Source of the DNA: Promethearchaeota archaeon
GTDB lineage: Archaea; Asgardarchaeota; Lokiarchaeia; Sigyniarchaeales; SOKP01
Direction: 5' to 3'
Assembly (NCBI GenBank): GCA_019058015.1
Contig: JAHLWH010000060.1
Coordinates: 1 to 24,757, forward strand
DNA length: 24,757 nt
Positions 1 to 9,261 of the stretch are shown piece by piece (within the stretch, counting starts at the first letter, position 1; each line of letters begins with the position of its first letter). Below the pieces are notes generated by a model. It was not told where the DNA came from, searched no databases, and saw nothing but the letters and a program-made list of their open reading frames with translations. The position numbers were made by a program, and so were the translations under genes.

Positions 1-2
1 AT

Positions 3-101
3 TTAAAAGGAGTTGATGATCCAGATTATACATTACTACGATTACAACCTAAACATGCTAGATATTATTACAAATTAAATCAGGTAAATTTTGAAATATG
101 A
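3..101 (+). CDS. 3' end (partial) of a probable pyridoxamine 5'-phosphate oxidase-like / general stress FMN-binding protein
   Basis: Open frame from the window edge, LKGVDDPDYTLLRLQPKHARYYYKLNQVNFEI*. The GxDDPDYxxL...RYY pattern is typical of the C-terminus of this family. Its TGA overlaps the MarR ATG (ATGA, 98-101). Not in the ORF track. Confidence 0.65.
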   Translation, partial: LKGVDDPDYTLLRLQPKHARYYYKLNQVNFEI

Positions 102-550
102 GAGAAAAAATGAAAGAGCAACGAGAGGGTGGATTCCTTATAGCTAAAATTCACCAGCTCTCTAATCGAATATTTACTAAGAAATTAAAGGAATACGGTC
201 TTGATGAGTTAAATTCGGCTCAAGGCAGAATAATGTTTGTTCTTTGGCGTGAAGATAACATATCTATTCATGAACTCTCAAAAAAAACTCAATTAAGTAA
301 ATCTACACTAACTTCCATGTTGGACAGACTGGAAAAAGCAGGATTTATAAAACGAGTACATTCAAGTAAAGATAGAAGAGAAATTATAATTAAGCTTACA
401 GAAAAAAATATAAGTCTTCAAGATAAATATGTGGATGTCTCAAAAGAAATGACTAAGTTATTCTACAACAAACTTTCGGAAGTAGAAATAGACGAATTCG
501 AAAATTATTTAAGGCGAATATTAGATAATCTAATAAAAATTGATAATTAG
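98..550 (+). CDS. MarR family transcriptional regulator
   Basis: 150 aa; winged-HTH signature ELSKKTQLSKSTLTSMLDRLEKAGFIKRVHSSKDRR...LTEK. The true start may be the second Met (110). Confidence 0.95.
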   Translation: MREKMKEQREGGFLIAKIHQLSNRIFTKKLKEYGLDELNSAQGRIMFVLWREDNISIHELSKKTQLSKSTLTSMLDRLEKAGFIKRVHSSKDRREIIIKLTEKNISLQDKYVDVSKEMTKLFYNKLSEVEIDEFENYLRRILDNLIKIDN

Positions 551-594
551 AGTTAAAGCATTAATCTTTAAAAAATGGTAAAAAAAAGTTAGAT

Positions 595-1047
595 CTATTT
601 CTTTTTCTTTTTTCTACCTGAATATAGATAAATCAAACTAGCCAAAACTGCCCAGAATGTAATTGTGACAATCCATCCACTAATTACATCAATAAAAAAC
701 GAAATCCCAATAAAGCCAAAAAAAGTAATGTATTCTAGTATGATGTATGGAACGTGGGTTATCGGTTTTTTCCTAAAATCATATTTTAATATGAAGTCGA
801 GTAATAATTCCAAGAATAGGTACACGAAAATGAAAATAAAATAGATTATAATCCACAATTCTTGCCCGATGAACAAATAATTTATAAAAACAATGGTTAA
901 TGGTATTGATAAAGAAATCGTTACAATCCCGAACCCTCTCAGCAATATATCGTATTTCCTCTTCGCAGAGATAAAAATGCCAATAACCAAGAGATTAAAA
1001 GCAATTGCAGTAATCACAAATAATAGATCAAACACAGTAAGACTCAA
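595..1047 (-). CDS. Hypothetical integral membrane protein (~5 TM)
   Basis: Several long hydrophobic segments and a basic C-terminal tail. TTG start preceded by archaeal SD GGTGA. Confidence 0.8.
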   Translation of the reverse strand: MSLTVFDLLFVITAIAFNLLVIGIFISAKRKYDILLRGFGIVTISLSIPLTIVFINYLFIGQELWIIIYFIFIFVYLFLELLLDFILKYDFRKKPITHVPYIILEYITFFGFIGISFFIDVISGWIVTITFWAVLASLIYLYSGRKKKKK

Positions 1048-1094
1048 AATATCACCAAATTCTTTAATTTTTTAATATTTAAATGTGGAAAATC

Positions 1095-1112
1095 TAACTT
1101 AATGATAAGTTA
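1095..1112. promoter_or_regulatory. Perfect inverted repeat TAACTTA-atga-TAAGTTA, candidate operator
   Basis: 7-bp arms with a 4-bp spacer, lying between a TATA-like element (minus strand GAAAACTTTTTTAAG, 1126-1140) and the start of the 595..1047 gene. Confidence 0.35.
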
Positions 1113-1210
1113 AATAATAGGAGCTCTTAAAAAAGTTTTCTTTAGAACTTTATTTATACCGATTAAAGTCTCGTTTTTTAGTTATTGATTAAAAGCGCAT
1201 TTGAATATCA

Positions 1211-1843
1211 TTATCTTCTTAATTTTGGAATTAACATTGGGACATTTTTCTTATAATCCTCATAATCCTTGCCAAATTCTTTAATCAACTCTTTTTCTTC
1301 TTTCCATGAGATGAGATAATTAAATATGATTATTAAAGGAGTGGAAAGTAATGAATATAACGAAGATAACAAAATAGAAATACCCACGTGTGCTAATATT
1401 GCACCGAAATATTGCGGATGTCTAATAATAGAATAAATCCCAGTAGTAATAATTTTTTTGGGTTGATGTGTTTCTGCTACTTTAAGGGTTATTTCTTTTA
1501 CGCCTGCAATTCCAAGCCAAGCACCAAATATTAAGAAGGGCATAGAAACTATTAGATGGAATAAGTGAATTGAGAAATTGATAATTGGAATTAAGATTGA
1601 AATATTTTGAAAAATTGGGATAATAAATCTGGGTTGAGGTGAAATCCAGGTTCCAATTAAAAATATGAAGAAGCCCCATCCTGAAATTAGTCCGAAAATT
1701 TTGGCAATTTTAGTTCCTTTTTGTTTTCCATATTTTTCTTGAAGCTTTAGATGTTCAACAGATAAAAAATGAATTGGTGCTATCGAAATTATACCTAACA
1801 TACAAATAAAAAACAAAATATACATTTTCCACTCATTCTCCAA
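1211..1843 (-). CDS. Isoprenylcysteine carboxyl methyltransferase (ICMT/PEMT) family membrane methyltransferase
   Basis: Signature IITTGIYSIIRHPQYFG ... EEKELIKEFGKDYEDYKKNVP and multiple TM helices. Start may be ATG at 1825. Confidence 0.9.
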   Translation of the reverse strand: MENEWKMYILFFICMLGIISIAPIHFLSVEHLKLQEKYGKQKGTKIAKIFGLISGWGFFIFLIGTWISPQPRFIIPIFQNISILIPIINFSIHLFHLIVSMPFLIFGAWLGIAGVKEITLKVAETHQPKKIITTGIYSIIRHPQYFGAILAHVGISILLSSLYSLLSTPLIIIFNYLISWKEEKELIKEFGKDYEDYKKNVPMLIPKLRR

Positions 1844-2096
1844 TTTAAAGCATAAAAAATTATCGATTAATTTTAGGCTTTCTTTTATTTATAAAGTAAA
1901 TCGTTTGAGTAATGAATCTATTCTTTATATTATATATTTTTCGTTATTTTTAATAAACAGATTTCCTTAATAAGTTCAAAAAATAGTTCCTTTTTAAATA
2001 ATTTATTCTACATTACTGAATGAATTAATTTTAATTTCAATAAATTCCCTTTTTGTCCAATAATATCATGTTGCGTATTTTTAAACAATTTTAGTA

Positions 2097-2843
2097 TTAT
2101 TTTTTACCACTGATAAACATCCAAGCGAGAAATGGTTTAATTTCAGCATTCTGGAAGGAAAATTGAGAGAATAATTGGAGTACTTCATCAGGAGTATAGC
2201 TTGATTGAATTGAACCTAGAGGTTCATTTATATTTTTTAATGCTTTAGGAACAACCACTTTAGTGGCAAAAGTTAAAAGGCCATAAAAGAATTTTCGTGA
2301 ATCTCGCCGAAAATCAAAGATTAAAAAAGTTCCATTTTCTTTCAAAATCTGATGAATTTCTTTAAACGCTTTAATTGGATTCACCCAATGATGAAGTGAG
2401 AGAGAACTTATGATAAAATCGACTGAATTATTTGGAAAAGGTAATTTTTCTACTGTTCCATTTTTAAAAGCAACTTTTTTATCAACCTTTTTCTCAACTA
2501 CTCTTTTTTTTGCATGTTCAAGTATTTCCGAGGAAATATCAACACCAACTAAATTAAGTTTTGATAATTTTTCTGCAATTTGGGTAATTAAATTTCCAGA
2601 GCCGCAACCTATATCCACCAATTTTCCGCTCGGGTTAAATTTTTTCAATCGAGATATTACTTTTCGGTGTAAGAGTTTAAAGGGAAGAAAATTTGTCATT
2701 TTTTCGAATGCTTTTACAACATCGGGATTATCAAGGCTCTCTATATTATGATATCTGGTACCTTTCTTCCGCGGTAAGCCAAATATTAGAATTATAATAG
2801 AAATAATTCCGATAATAACGAAAAAGACATACCAAAAACTCAT
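2097..2843 (-). CDS. Class I SAM-dependent methyltransferase (UbiE-like) with N-terminal membrane anchor
   Basis: Motif I LVDIGCGSG, post-I VGVDISSEIL, LPFPNNSVDFIISSLSLHHW, ILKENGTFLIFD. The first ~23 aa are hydrophobic. Confidence 0.92.
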   Translation of the reverse strand: MSFWYVFFVIIGIISIIILIFGLPRKKGTRYHNIESLDNPDVVKAFEKMTNFLPFKLLHRKVISRLKKFNPSGKLVDIGCGSGNLITQIAEKLSKLNLVGVDISSEILEHAKKRVVEKKVDKKVAFKNGTVEKLPFPNNSVDFIISSLSLHHWVNPIKAFKEIHQILKENGTFLIFDFRRDSRKFFYGLLTFATKVVVPKALKNINEPLGSIQSSYTPDEVLQLFSQFSFQNAEIKPFLAWMFISGKK

Positions 2844-2997
2844 AATTCTTAATTAAATAATAATAAATTAAAAAGATATTGATAATCTAAGAAGAAAATT
2901 AAGAGAAAGAATTTTTTAAAATCAAGGGTAGCTAATAATAGAATTTATTGAATATTACAATTTATTATATCGTTTGACTAATTAAATTTTTCTTAAA

Positions 2998-3981
2998 TTG
3001 ACCACAATTTGCTTTATGACCTCCACCATTACATTATCTCATTCAATAACTAAACAATTTTCACAGGTTGGATTAGGAGCTCATTTTATATTTGAATGGA
3101 GATATTTTTTCTGTTGGAATACAGAAAGATTAATATTACTAGCCATGGTTTCTGATACTACGGGAATTAACCCAGCTTATTATGAGCGAAGATATGGAGA
3201 ATCTAAGGTATTTCAGGCTATGTCAAACTGTTCAGAAGCGATTTCTATAATAACCTCTGAAATAAGTTGGTTAAATCAAAATATCACTTATCAAGTTGAT
3301 CTTAAGCATCATACTGTTAGTAATAATTCTGTCGATTTTATATTTCCAATAAATAAGAAATTACTTTCCTTGGGAGATTTACCGTTTGAAATAGATGCTA
3401 AAACTAGTTCAAATAAATCGAAATACGCGCCAATGAAGGTTGTAAGGGAAAAATTATTTGAAGGGATTAAATATAAATCTCTTGAGGTTAAGTTTCCAGG
3501 TACTTGGAATTGGACAGTAGATGAACCAAATTTAATACAATTAACACTTTTTATAAACGCATCATTTATACATTATTGTCCTTCTTTAACGGATTCAATT
3601 AGTTTAACAAGAAATATGTCTCGATCCGACTATGGATCTCACCCAATATATGTTTGGCTTCCATTGGGTAATGGATTAATATTCATTCAGAATAAAAAAA
3701 ACTCTGATATCGGATTGGCTATTATAAATGATTGCGCAATCAGGCATACCACTCTATTATGGGAAGAAAATTTCATTAGATACCTCGAAGATGAAGGTAT
3801 CCACATGGATGCGTCTTATCATCTTCTTATTTTAGAAGATATTAAACTTAGAGATGCAGTTAATTTTGCCCAAAGAATTAATAATCAAAGATTATGGAAA
3901 GTATCGGATGATATCAAAAGAATGGAGGGATATACAGCCTATTTAATGTATAATCAAGTTTCAAACGCAACTAAGAGCTAG
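2998..3981 (+). CDS. Hypothetical protein, probably a 5'-truncated fragment of a GH57-like glycoside hydrolase (possible pseudogene)
   Basis: Long ORF. LLAMVSDTTGINP..ERR resembles the last conserved region of GH57 enzymes (LAENSDARGWEP..ERR type, recalled), yet it lies only ~50 aa from a weak TTG start. Confidence 0.5.
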   Translation: MTTICFMTSTITLSHSITKQFSQVGLGAHFIFEWRYFFCWNTERLILLAMVSDTTGINPAYYERRYGESKVFQAMSNCSEAISIITSEISWLNQNITYQVDLKHHTVSNNSVDFIFPINKKLLSLGDLPFEIDAKTSSNKSKYAPMKVVREKLFEGIKYKSLEVKFPGTWNWTVDEPNLIQLTLFINASFIHYCPSLTDSISLTRNMSRSDYGSHPIYVWLPLGNGLIFIQNKKNSDIGLAIINDCAIRHTTLLWEENFIRYLEDEGIHMDASYHLLILEDIKLRDAVNFAQRINNQRLWKVSDDIKRMEGYTAYLMYNQVSNATKS

Positions 3982-4008
3982 AACGTAAAAGGTTAGAGGG
4001 GAAAAAGT

Positions 4009-4874
4009 ATGGTTAAAGGTTCTGTGGCTGGTCCATATCGGCTCCTGTTATGGGGTGTAGGATTTCTACAGTTGTTAATAGGAGTCTTGTTGTTGTTATT
4101 ACCAGATTTAGTGCTTCTAGATGCAATGGATTTAGCGTATCCTTACTTAAATAATACGATTATTATGATAATTCTAGTCTTGGGCTGGATCGATGTTATT
4201 ACTGGCATTTTATCGATATTTTCAGGATTATGGGCGGGAACTCTTTCAAAATTCAATTTAGAGTCACCTGTAGAAGATAAAATGCCAGAAGATATAAGAA
4301 TTTTAAGGATAATTTTAATAATTATATCCATTGTCATTATATCTGGATTTCCGATCGGGACTTTTATCGGAATAACACTTCTTCGAGAATCGTTAATGCT
4401 AAATAAAGAGAGGAGATTAAAAAGTAATAAAAAAATGAGCGATAAGACAGAAAAGGACGCATTGGTATTACAATATAGATATTTAATATGGGGTGGAGCT
4501 TTGCATCTAATCATTATTGGATTAGGACTTCTCTTGGTTGTAAGTTTTACAATTGGAGAGCCAATTGAACTGTTATATGAAGCTGTACAAGATTTGTTAG
4601 GGATCGGAATTTCAATGCTGATGCAGCTTATGCAAAACATTGGGTTTATAATTCTAATTCCAGGAATGTTATTATCTATTTCAGGATTTTTATTAAAAAA
4701 ATTAATAATATCAGAAACTGAGACTCCTAAAGAAGAGCAAAGAAAATCTTTGATTGGATTAAAAATCATTAAAATAATCGTATTTATCTCATCAATATTT
4801 CTCCTTATCGTTATACCCATGGTACTTGTATAGGAATAACTCTCATCCGAGATTCTTGGATGTTAAAGGAATAA
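4009..4874 (+). pseudogene. Internally duplicated multi-TM membrane protein with a 1-nt frameshift near 4820 (pseudogene or sequencing error)
   Basis: Repeat 1 ends FPIGTFIGITLLRESLMLNKE. Repeat 2 breaks at IVIP, and the shifted frame 4821-4874 reads GTCIGITLIRDSWMLKE*. The ORF track stops at 4833. Confidence 0.75.
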
Positions 4875-5025
4875 TTTATACATAATCCCTGAATTTCTTT
4901 TTCCAGAAGGATTCTAAGATTGTTAATTATATATTTTCTGATATCTAGTCGTAATTGCTATTAGCATTGGATTGGAACAATAATTTTCGAAAAGTTAGAA
5001 CTTTTCAAATGGAAACTTCTAAATT

Positions 5026-5583
5026 TTAGTATATTTCGGAAAATCCATGTTCCTCTAAAGCTCCTTTTTTCAAACCAATATAGTTCCCTGCAATATATGC
5101 GAAACAATTTAACTTATCTGGATCTAAAGTATCATATTTAACAAATTGTGGATCAGAATGTGTAGCAACCACTTCACCAAAAAAACATACATGTGAACCT
5201 AATTTCATTCGTTTTATTACTTTGCATTCCATGTTCCATGGAAATTCTTTTACCATTGGGACTTGTACAATAGATCCTTGTTCTTTTGTTAGATTTAATT
5301 CTTCCCATTTATTTACATCTCTTCCCGAACGAGTACCACAATAATCAGTTTCTCTCAGTTGGTCGATTGTAGGGTAGTTAATTACGAATTCTCCCAGTTT
5401 TTCAATTAACTGATAAGAATGACACCTGGGTTGTATTGAGATTGCAACAATCGGAGGTTTTGGACATACCTTCGCAACACTTGCTAGCGTAATTAAATTC
5501 GCTTCTTCTCCAGTTCCTACAGATATAACCGCTGCGGGCTTCGGAAAGGTTGAAACCCCAGGGCTAAGACGAACTTTTTCCAT
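5026..5583 (-). CDS. Flavin reductase (flavoredoxin-like) family protein
   Basis: FPKPAAVISV..ANLIT..PPIVAISI..HSYQLI..GEFVINYP..YCGTRSGRDVNK..ECKV..LGSHVCFFGEVV. Confidence 0.93.
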   Translation of the reverse strand: MEKVRLSPGVSTFPKPAAVISVGTGEEANLITLASVAKVCPKPPIVAISIQPRCHSYQLIEKLGEFVINYPTIDQLRETDYCGTRSGRDVNKWEELNLTKEQGSIVQVPMVKEFPWNMECKVIKRMKLGSHVCFFGEVVATHSDPQFVKYDTLDPDKLNCFAYIAGNYIGLKKGALEEHGFSEIY

Positions 5584-5903
5584 TTTTCACACTTTTCTCT
5601 CTAATTATTTCTTGATACTACTTAATATGTATAAATTTATTTTAATCTTAAAAATGTTTGTCTTTATATTTGTCGGTGCTGATAAATCATCCTTAGCATA
5701 TCTCCCTACTCTAATTTTTTACCTAGGAGCATGAAAAAAGATTTTTTTGAAGAATTTGAAACTTATGAAATCAAATGATGGTTTTTAGTGTTCTCTTTGG
5801 GTTTTGTTTGCACAGTATATTTTTGATAGTCTAGTCAATAGAAATATATTAATAATTTGAACTTCAATTTTTTAACTATCGTTTAGATTTAAGATTTTCT
5901 GAG

Positions 5904-6629
5904 ATGATTATCGTGAGAATATATCAAAAAAATCTTATTTTGGTAGGTATAATAATTTCTATATCTTTCTTGTGCGTATATTCTTTCAATTTTGGTAATT
6001 ATGATATTAATAGGACTGAATTAAATCACAGAACAAATCTGAAACTTAGTCAATATGGTACTGAATTAACTTTAAATACAGAATTAGGAAACCAAGGTGC
6101 ACTAGGATCAAAAAAATATTATATTACTGTTCCAAAGGGAAATATTCATATTAAAGTAACTTGGGATAGTTTTTGGGATATGGACTTAACATTACGTGCG
6201 TATTCTGATCAAAATTATGTTAATCTTCTTGATACAAGTGACAATCCAGGTAATGAGCCTGAAATTATAGATTTAAATATAGAACAAGAGATGACTATTT
6301 ATATCGAAGTTTTAGGTCTTGGAGGATTTTATAATATTTTAGTTCATGATGATGCATATATAAGTCCACAAATTATTTTGACTGGAACAATTATAACAGC
6401 TATTGTTATTGTTATTGTTGTTATTTCAGGGCTTTTAGTATATTATAAAAAAATCAGGATCAAAGAAATCCAGACTTTTATAACTGCTGAATTGAAACCA
6501 TATCCTGCAAAAATGGAAGAAACAAAAAGCGATGAAGATGAGGAAACGAACATTTTTATATGTCCCTATTGCGGTCAGGAAAATTTGAAATCTTATAAAA
6601 AATGCAAATACTGTAAAAAGAAATTTTAA
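5904..6629 (+). CDS. Membrane protein: N-terminal signal/TM, PPC-like extracellular beta domain, TM helix, cytoplasmic C-terminal zinc ribbon
   Basis: Hydrophobic N-terminus; VTWDSFWDMDLTLRAY..E.I..IYIEV..YNILV (PPC-like); TM IILTGTIITAIVIVIVVISGLLVYY followed by KK; CPYCGQENLKSYKKCKYC. Confidence 0.8.
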   Translation: MIIVRIYQKNLILVGIIISISFLCVYSFNFGNYDINRTELNHRTNLKLSQYGTELTLNTELGNQGALGSKKYYITVPKGNIHIKVTWDSFWDMDLTLRAYSDQNYVNLLDTSDNPGNEPEIIDLNIEQEMTIYIEVLGLGGFYNILVHDDAYISPQIILTGTIITAIVIVIVVISGLLVYYKKIRIKEIQTFITAELKPYPAKMEETKSDEDEETNIFICPYCGQENLKSYKKCKYCKKKF

Positions 6630-6660
6630 CCCATTTAAATTTCATTACTCTTTTTTCTAA

Positions 6661-7077
6661 CTACATTTTTACAAATTTGCCAGTGAATCTCTCATAATTA
6701 CCTGGTAACTTTCCATTTTCTTCCAAATATATTAACCATCTGTGAATTTCACTTAATAATGTAGGTATTGGGTTATAAAACTCCGAATGTTCACTCCACC
6801 ACTCGCGAAAACGAATAGGAGGAAGATCTTTCACCAAACATGCTTCGGCGAAAACAACTGAAGCAATATCTTTCAGGTAAATTTCGTTTGAAGTACTCAT
6901 AAGGCATCTTACACAGGCTCTTGCTAGAAAGGATATAAATTCTAATACACCCTCCTTTTTCCCTTTAATCACAGAACCTAATACACCTACCACTGACCTT
7001 GCGAATTTTTGGTTAAATCGCTCAAGAACATATGGAACTAAAAATTTTTCTAATTCTTCAATTTCTTGCTCTGACAT
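6661..7077 (-). CDS. Hypothetical protein, possible C-terminal winged-helix (PCI-like) module
   Basis: 138-aa ORF with ATG start and normal composition. C-terminus EIHRWLIYLEENGKLPGNYERFTGKFVK looks like a helix plus beta-hairpin wing. Confidence 0.7.
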   Translation of the reverse strand: MSEQEIEELEKFLVPYVLERFNQKFARSVVGVLGSVIKGKKEGVLEFISFLARACVRCLMSTSNEIYLKDIASVVFAEACLVKDLPPIRFREWWSEHSEFYNPIPTLLSEIHRWLIYLEENGKLPGNYERFTGKFVKM

Positions 7078-7310
7078 ATTGGATCATCAATTAATTTTAA
7101 TTTTTAATAATAATATAACTCTAATTATCTTTATTTTTAATTTTTTTGTCTTTCTCTTATTGAGTTAAAGAAAATTGTAAAAAAATATAATAAATTCAAT
7201 TTCTGATTTAAAATAGTTAGATAAAAATTTTAATAAAATTTCACACTATTGCATATAATTTGCTATTATTTTATTTAAATCTATAATTAGGGAAAACATG
7301 TAGAAAAAAA

Positions 7311-8849
7311 ATGTCAAAAACTAAGGAAGCATATGTTGAGATTGAAAAGGTTATTGGCGCAGAATATATAACTGATAAAGATTTTATGAAGGCGGCATAT
7401 TCGAGGAATGTTGACCCTGCCTTTCCAGATAGATGGGCGGATATGATTGTAAGACCGCAATCAACTGAGGAAGTCTCAGAAATCGTCAAGATTGCTAATA
7501 AATACAAGATTCATATGGTTCCGAGGGGTGGTGGTGCTGATTTGGTCGGCGGCTCAGTTACTCAAGGGGGGATTCTTTTAGATCTTACGAGAATGAATCA
7601 GATTTTGGAGATTAATGAAATAGATTATTATTGTGAGGTTGAGTGTGGGATAACTTGGGGCATTTTGGTTTCGGAATTGCAAAAGAAAGGTCTAACAACG
7701 GGAGTTCTGGGACCTGGAAGCGGTTATTCAGCGACCATCGGGGGCGGTCTTTCTAATAGCACAGCGGGGTTTGGTTCGACAAAATATGGTTTAGTTCCTG
7801 ATATATGTTTAGGAGGTGAGGTCGTATTACCCAATCCACAGGGAACCATTTTAAGAACAGGGGGAGCCGCAAATAAATATGCGAAACCATTTTGCCGGTA
7901 TGGAGTTGCACCGGATTTCACGGGTCTTTTTATGGGGGATGTGGGAACCATGGGGATTAAGACTAAAGCATTTTTAAGGTTATTTCCAGATGCTCCATTC
8001 AAATCTCAGCGACATTATATCCTTAACAAGAATGATTATAATAAAGTATTTGAAATAATGTACAGATTGCGAAAAGAAGTTAATGATGGGTTGCATGATT
8101 TAATTCTTGTACCCTTTACTGTGGTTAAATTTATGGAGGGTATGGCACAAGAAAAACCCCCCACAAGACCTAAAATAAGAGGTTCTGTCTTTATGGTTGG
8201 GTTGGAGGCATTTGATCAGCGAATCTTGGATGTTTATCAAGAAAAAGTTGATGAGATTATGAAAGATGATGCCAGACCATTTGAATGGCAGGAAATTGAT
8301 TTAAGCCAGCCATTATCAAAGGATTGGGAGTTCAATTTAAAGTATGCTTATAATTATTTTAATCAATATATTTCTATTCAACCACCAAAGATATCCTGCA
8401 CAACTTGTCATAAAGTTCCAATTTCATCTATACCGGAAATAGTTAAATTAAGCACTCAATTTGATGCAAAGTATCGGGCTGAATTTCCTCCTGGAAGTAT
8501 ATCTTTATTTGCCACATGCATATTTCTATTACCTAACGGAAATTGTGTGTTTGTAGGCGGTTTTAATGCAGATAATATTGAGGAACAACGCCAGATTGCG
8601 ATGAATATGTGGCATAAGAAATTAAGGCATCAAGTAAAATATGGTGGAGTTCATTATTGGCTTGGAGAGGCAATTTCGCAATCGATAGTTGAGGCTGGTG
8701 CTTACACACCGGAATTTATCCAATTTTTTAAGAACATAAAAAGAACTGTGGATCCAAATTTTTTGTTGAGTCCAGAGAAGTTCCATTTTCACAGTTATGA
8801 AGATGATATTACCAAATATATTGTTAGAGATGAGGAAGAGGTAATCTGA
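7311..8849 (+). CDS. FAD-binding oxidoreductase (GlcD / VAO-PCMH superfamily)
   Basis: IVRPQSTEEVSEIVKIAN, VPRGGG..LVGG, ILLDLTRMNQILEI, ATIGG, KYG, DFTGLFMG..GTMGI, IKRTVDPNFLLSP. Confidence 0.92.
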   Translation: MSKTKEAYVEIEKVIGAEYITDKDFMKAAYSRNVDPAFPDRWADMIVRPQSTEEVSEIVKIANKYKIHMVPRGGGADLVGGSVTQGGILLDLTRMNQILEINEIDYYCEVECGITWGILVSELQKKGLTTGVLGPGSGYSATIGGGLSNSTAGFGSTKYGLVPDICLGGEVVLPNPQGTILRTGGAANKYAKPFCRYGVAPDFTGLFMGDVGTMGIKTKAFLRLFPDAPFKSQRHYILNKNDYNKVFEIMYRLRKEVNDGLHDLILVPFTVVKFMEGMAQEKPPTRPKIRGSVFMVGLEAFDQRILDVYQEKVDEIMKDDARPFEWQEIDLSQPLSKDWEFNLKYAYNYFNQYISIQPPKISCTTCHKVPISSIPEIVKLSTQFDAKYRAEFPPGSISLFATCIFLLPNGNCVFVGGFNADNIEEQRQIAMNMWHKKLRHQVKYGGVHYWLGEAISQSIVEAGAYTPEFIQFFKNIKRTVDPNFLLSPEKFHFHSYEDDITKYIVRDEEEVI

Positions 8850-8877
8850 TTTGTAATACTTCATTTTGGTCTAATTA

Positions 8878-9261
8878 TTAGCCCAATGGTTTAACTTTTT
8901 TAGAATTTTTTTGGAACCAGTCTTTTAAATTTTCAAATGATCTTAAACCTTGAGCAACTTCTATAGTAATACTATAAATTTCACCTTGAAGTGGTGAAAA
9001 ATCGTATCCATTTTTTAATAGAAAAATATATGCTAGTAAAGAGCCAATTCTCTTGTTTCCATCTGAAAAATAATGATTTTCAACAATTGCCTTATAAAGT
9101 ATTGTAACTTGATCCCAAATAGTTAGAACGTTTTGAAACGGAATACCCCACCTTACTTTATCAAGTGTAGACATCAATCCTTGTCGATTTATAAGTTGCG
9201 CAGTCTTGATTTCTTCCTCGAATAAAACAATAATATATTCAACTGAAAAAATCCAAATCAT
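8878..9261 (-). CDS. doc: Fic/Doc family (death-on-curing) toxin
   Basis: Doc motif HYFSDGNKRIG (HxFxDGNKR), 127 aa. The ATG overlaps the antitoxin stop (TAATG). Confidence 0.92.
   Translation of the reverse strand: MIWIFSVEYIIVLFEEEIKTAQLINRQGLMSTLDKVRWGIPFQNVLTIWDQVTILYKAIVENHYFSDGNKRIGSLLAYIFLLKNGYDFSPLQGEIYSITIEVAQGLRSFENLKDWFQKNSKKVKPLG

Noticed and set aside
4143-4820. 225-aa antisense ORF
   Set aside because: Shadow of the hydrophobic plus-strand gene, which has a coherent internal repeat. No motifs of its own.
5731-5778. 15-codon ORF MKKDFFEEFETYEIK after AGGAG
   Set aside because: The SD-like sequence is only 1 nt from the ATG and the ORF is too short to support. It could be a remnant but cannot be assigned.
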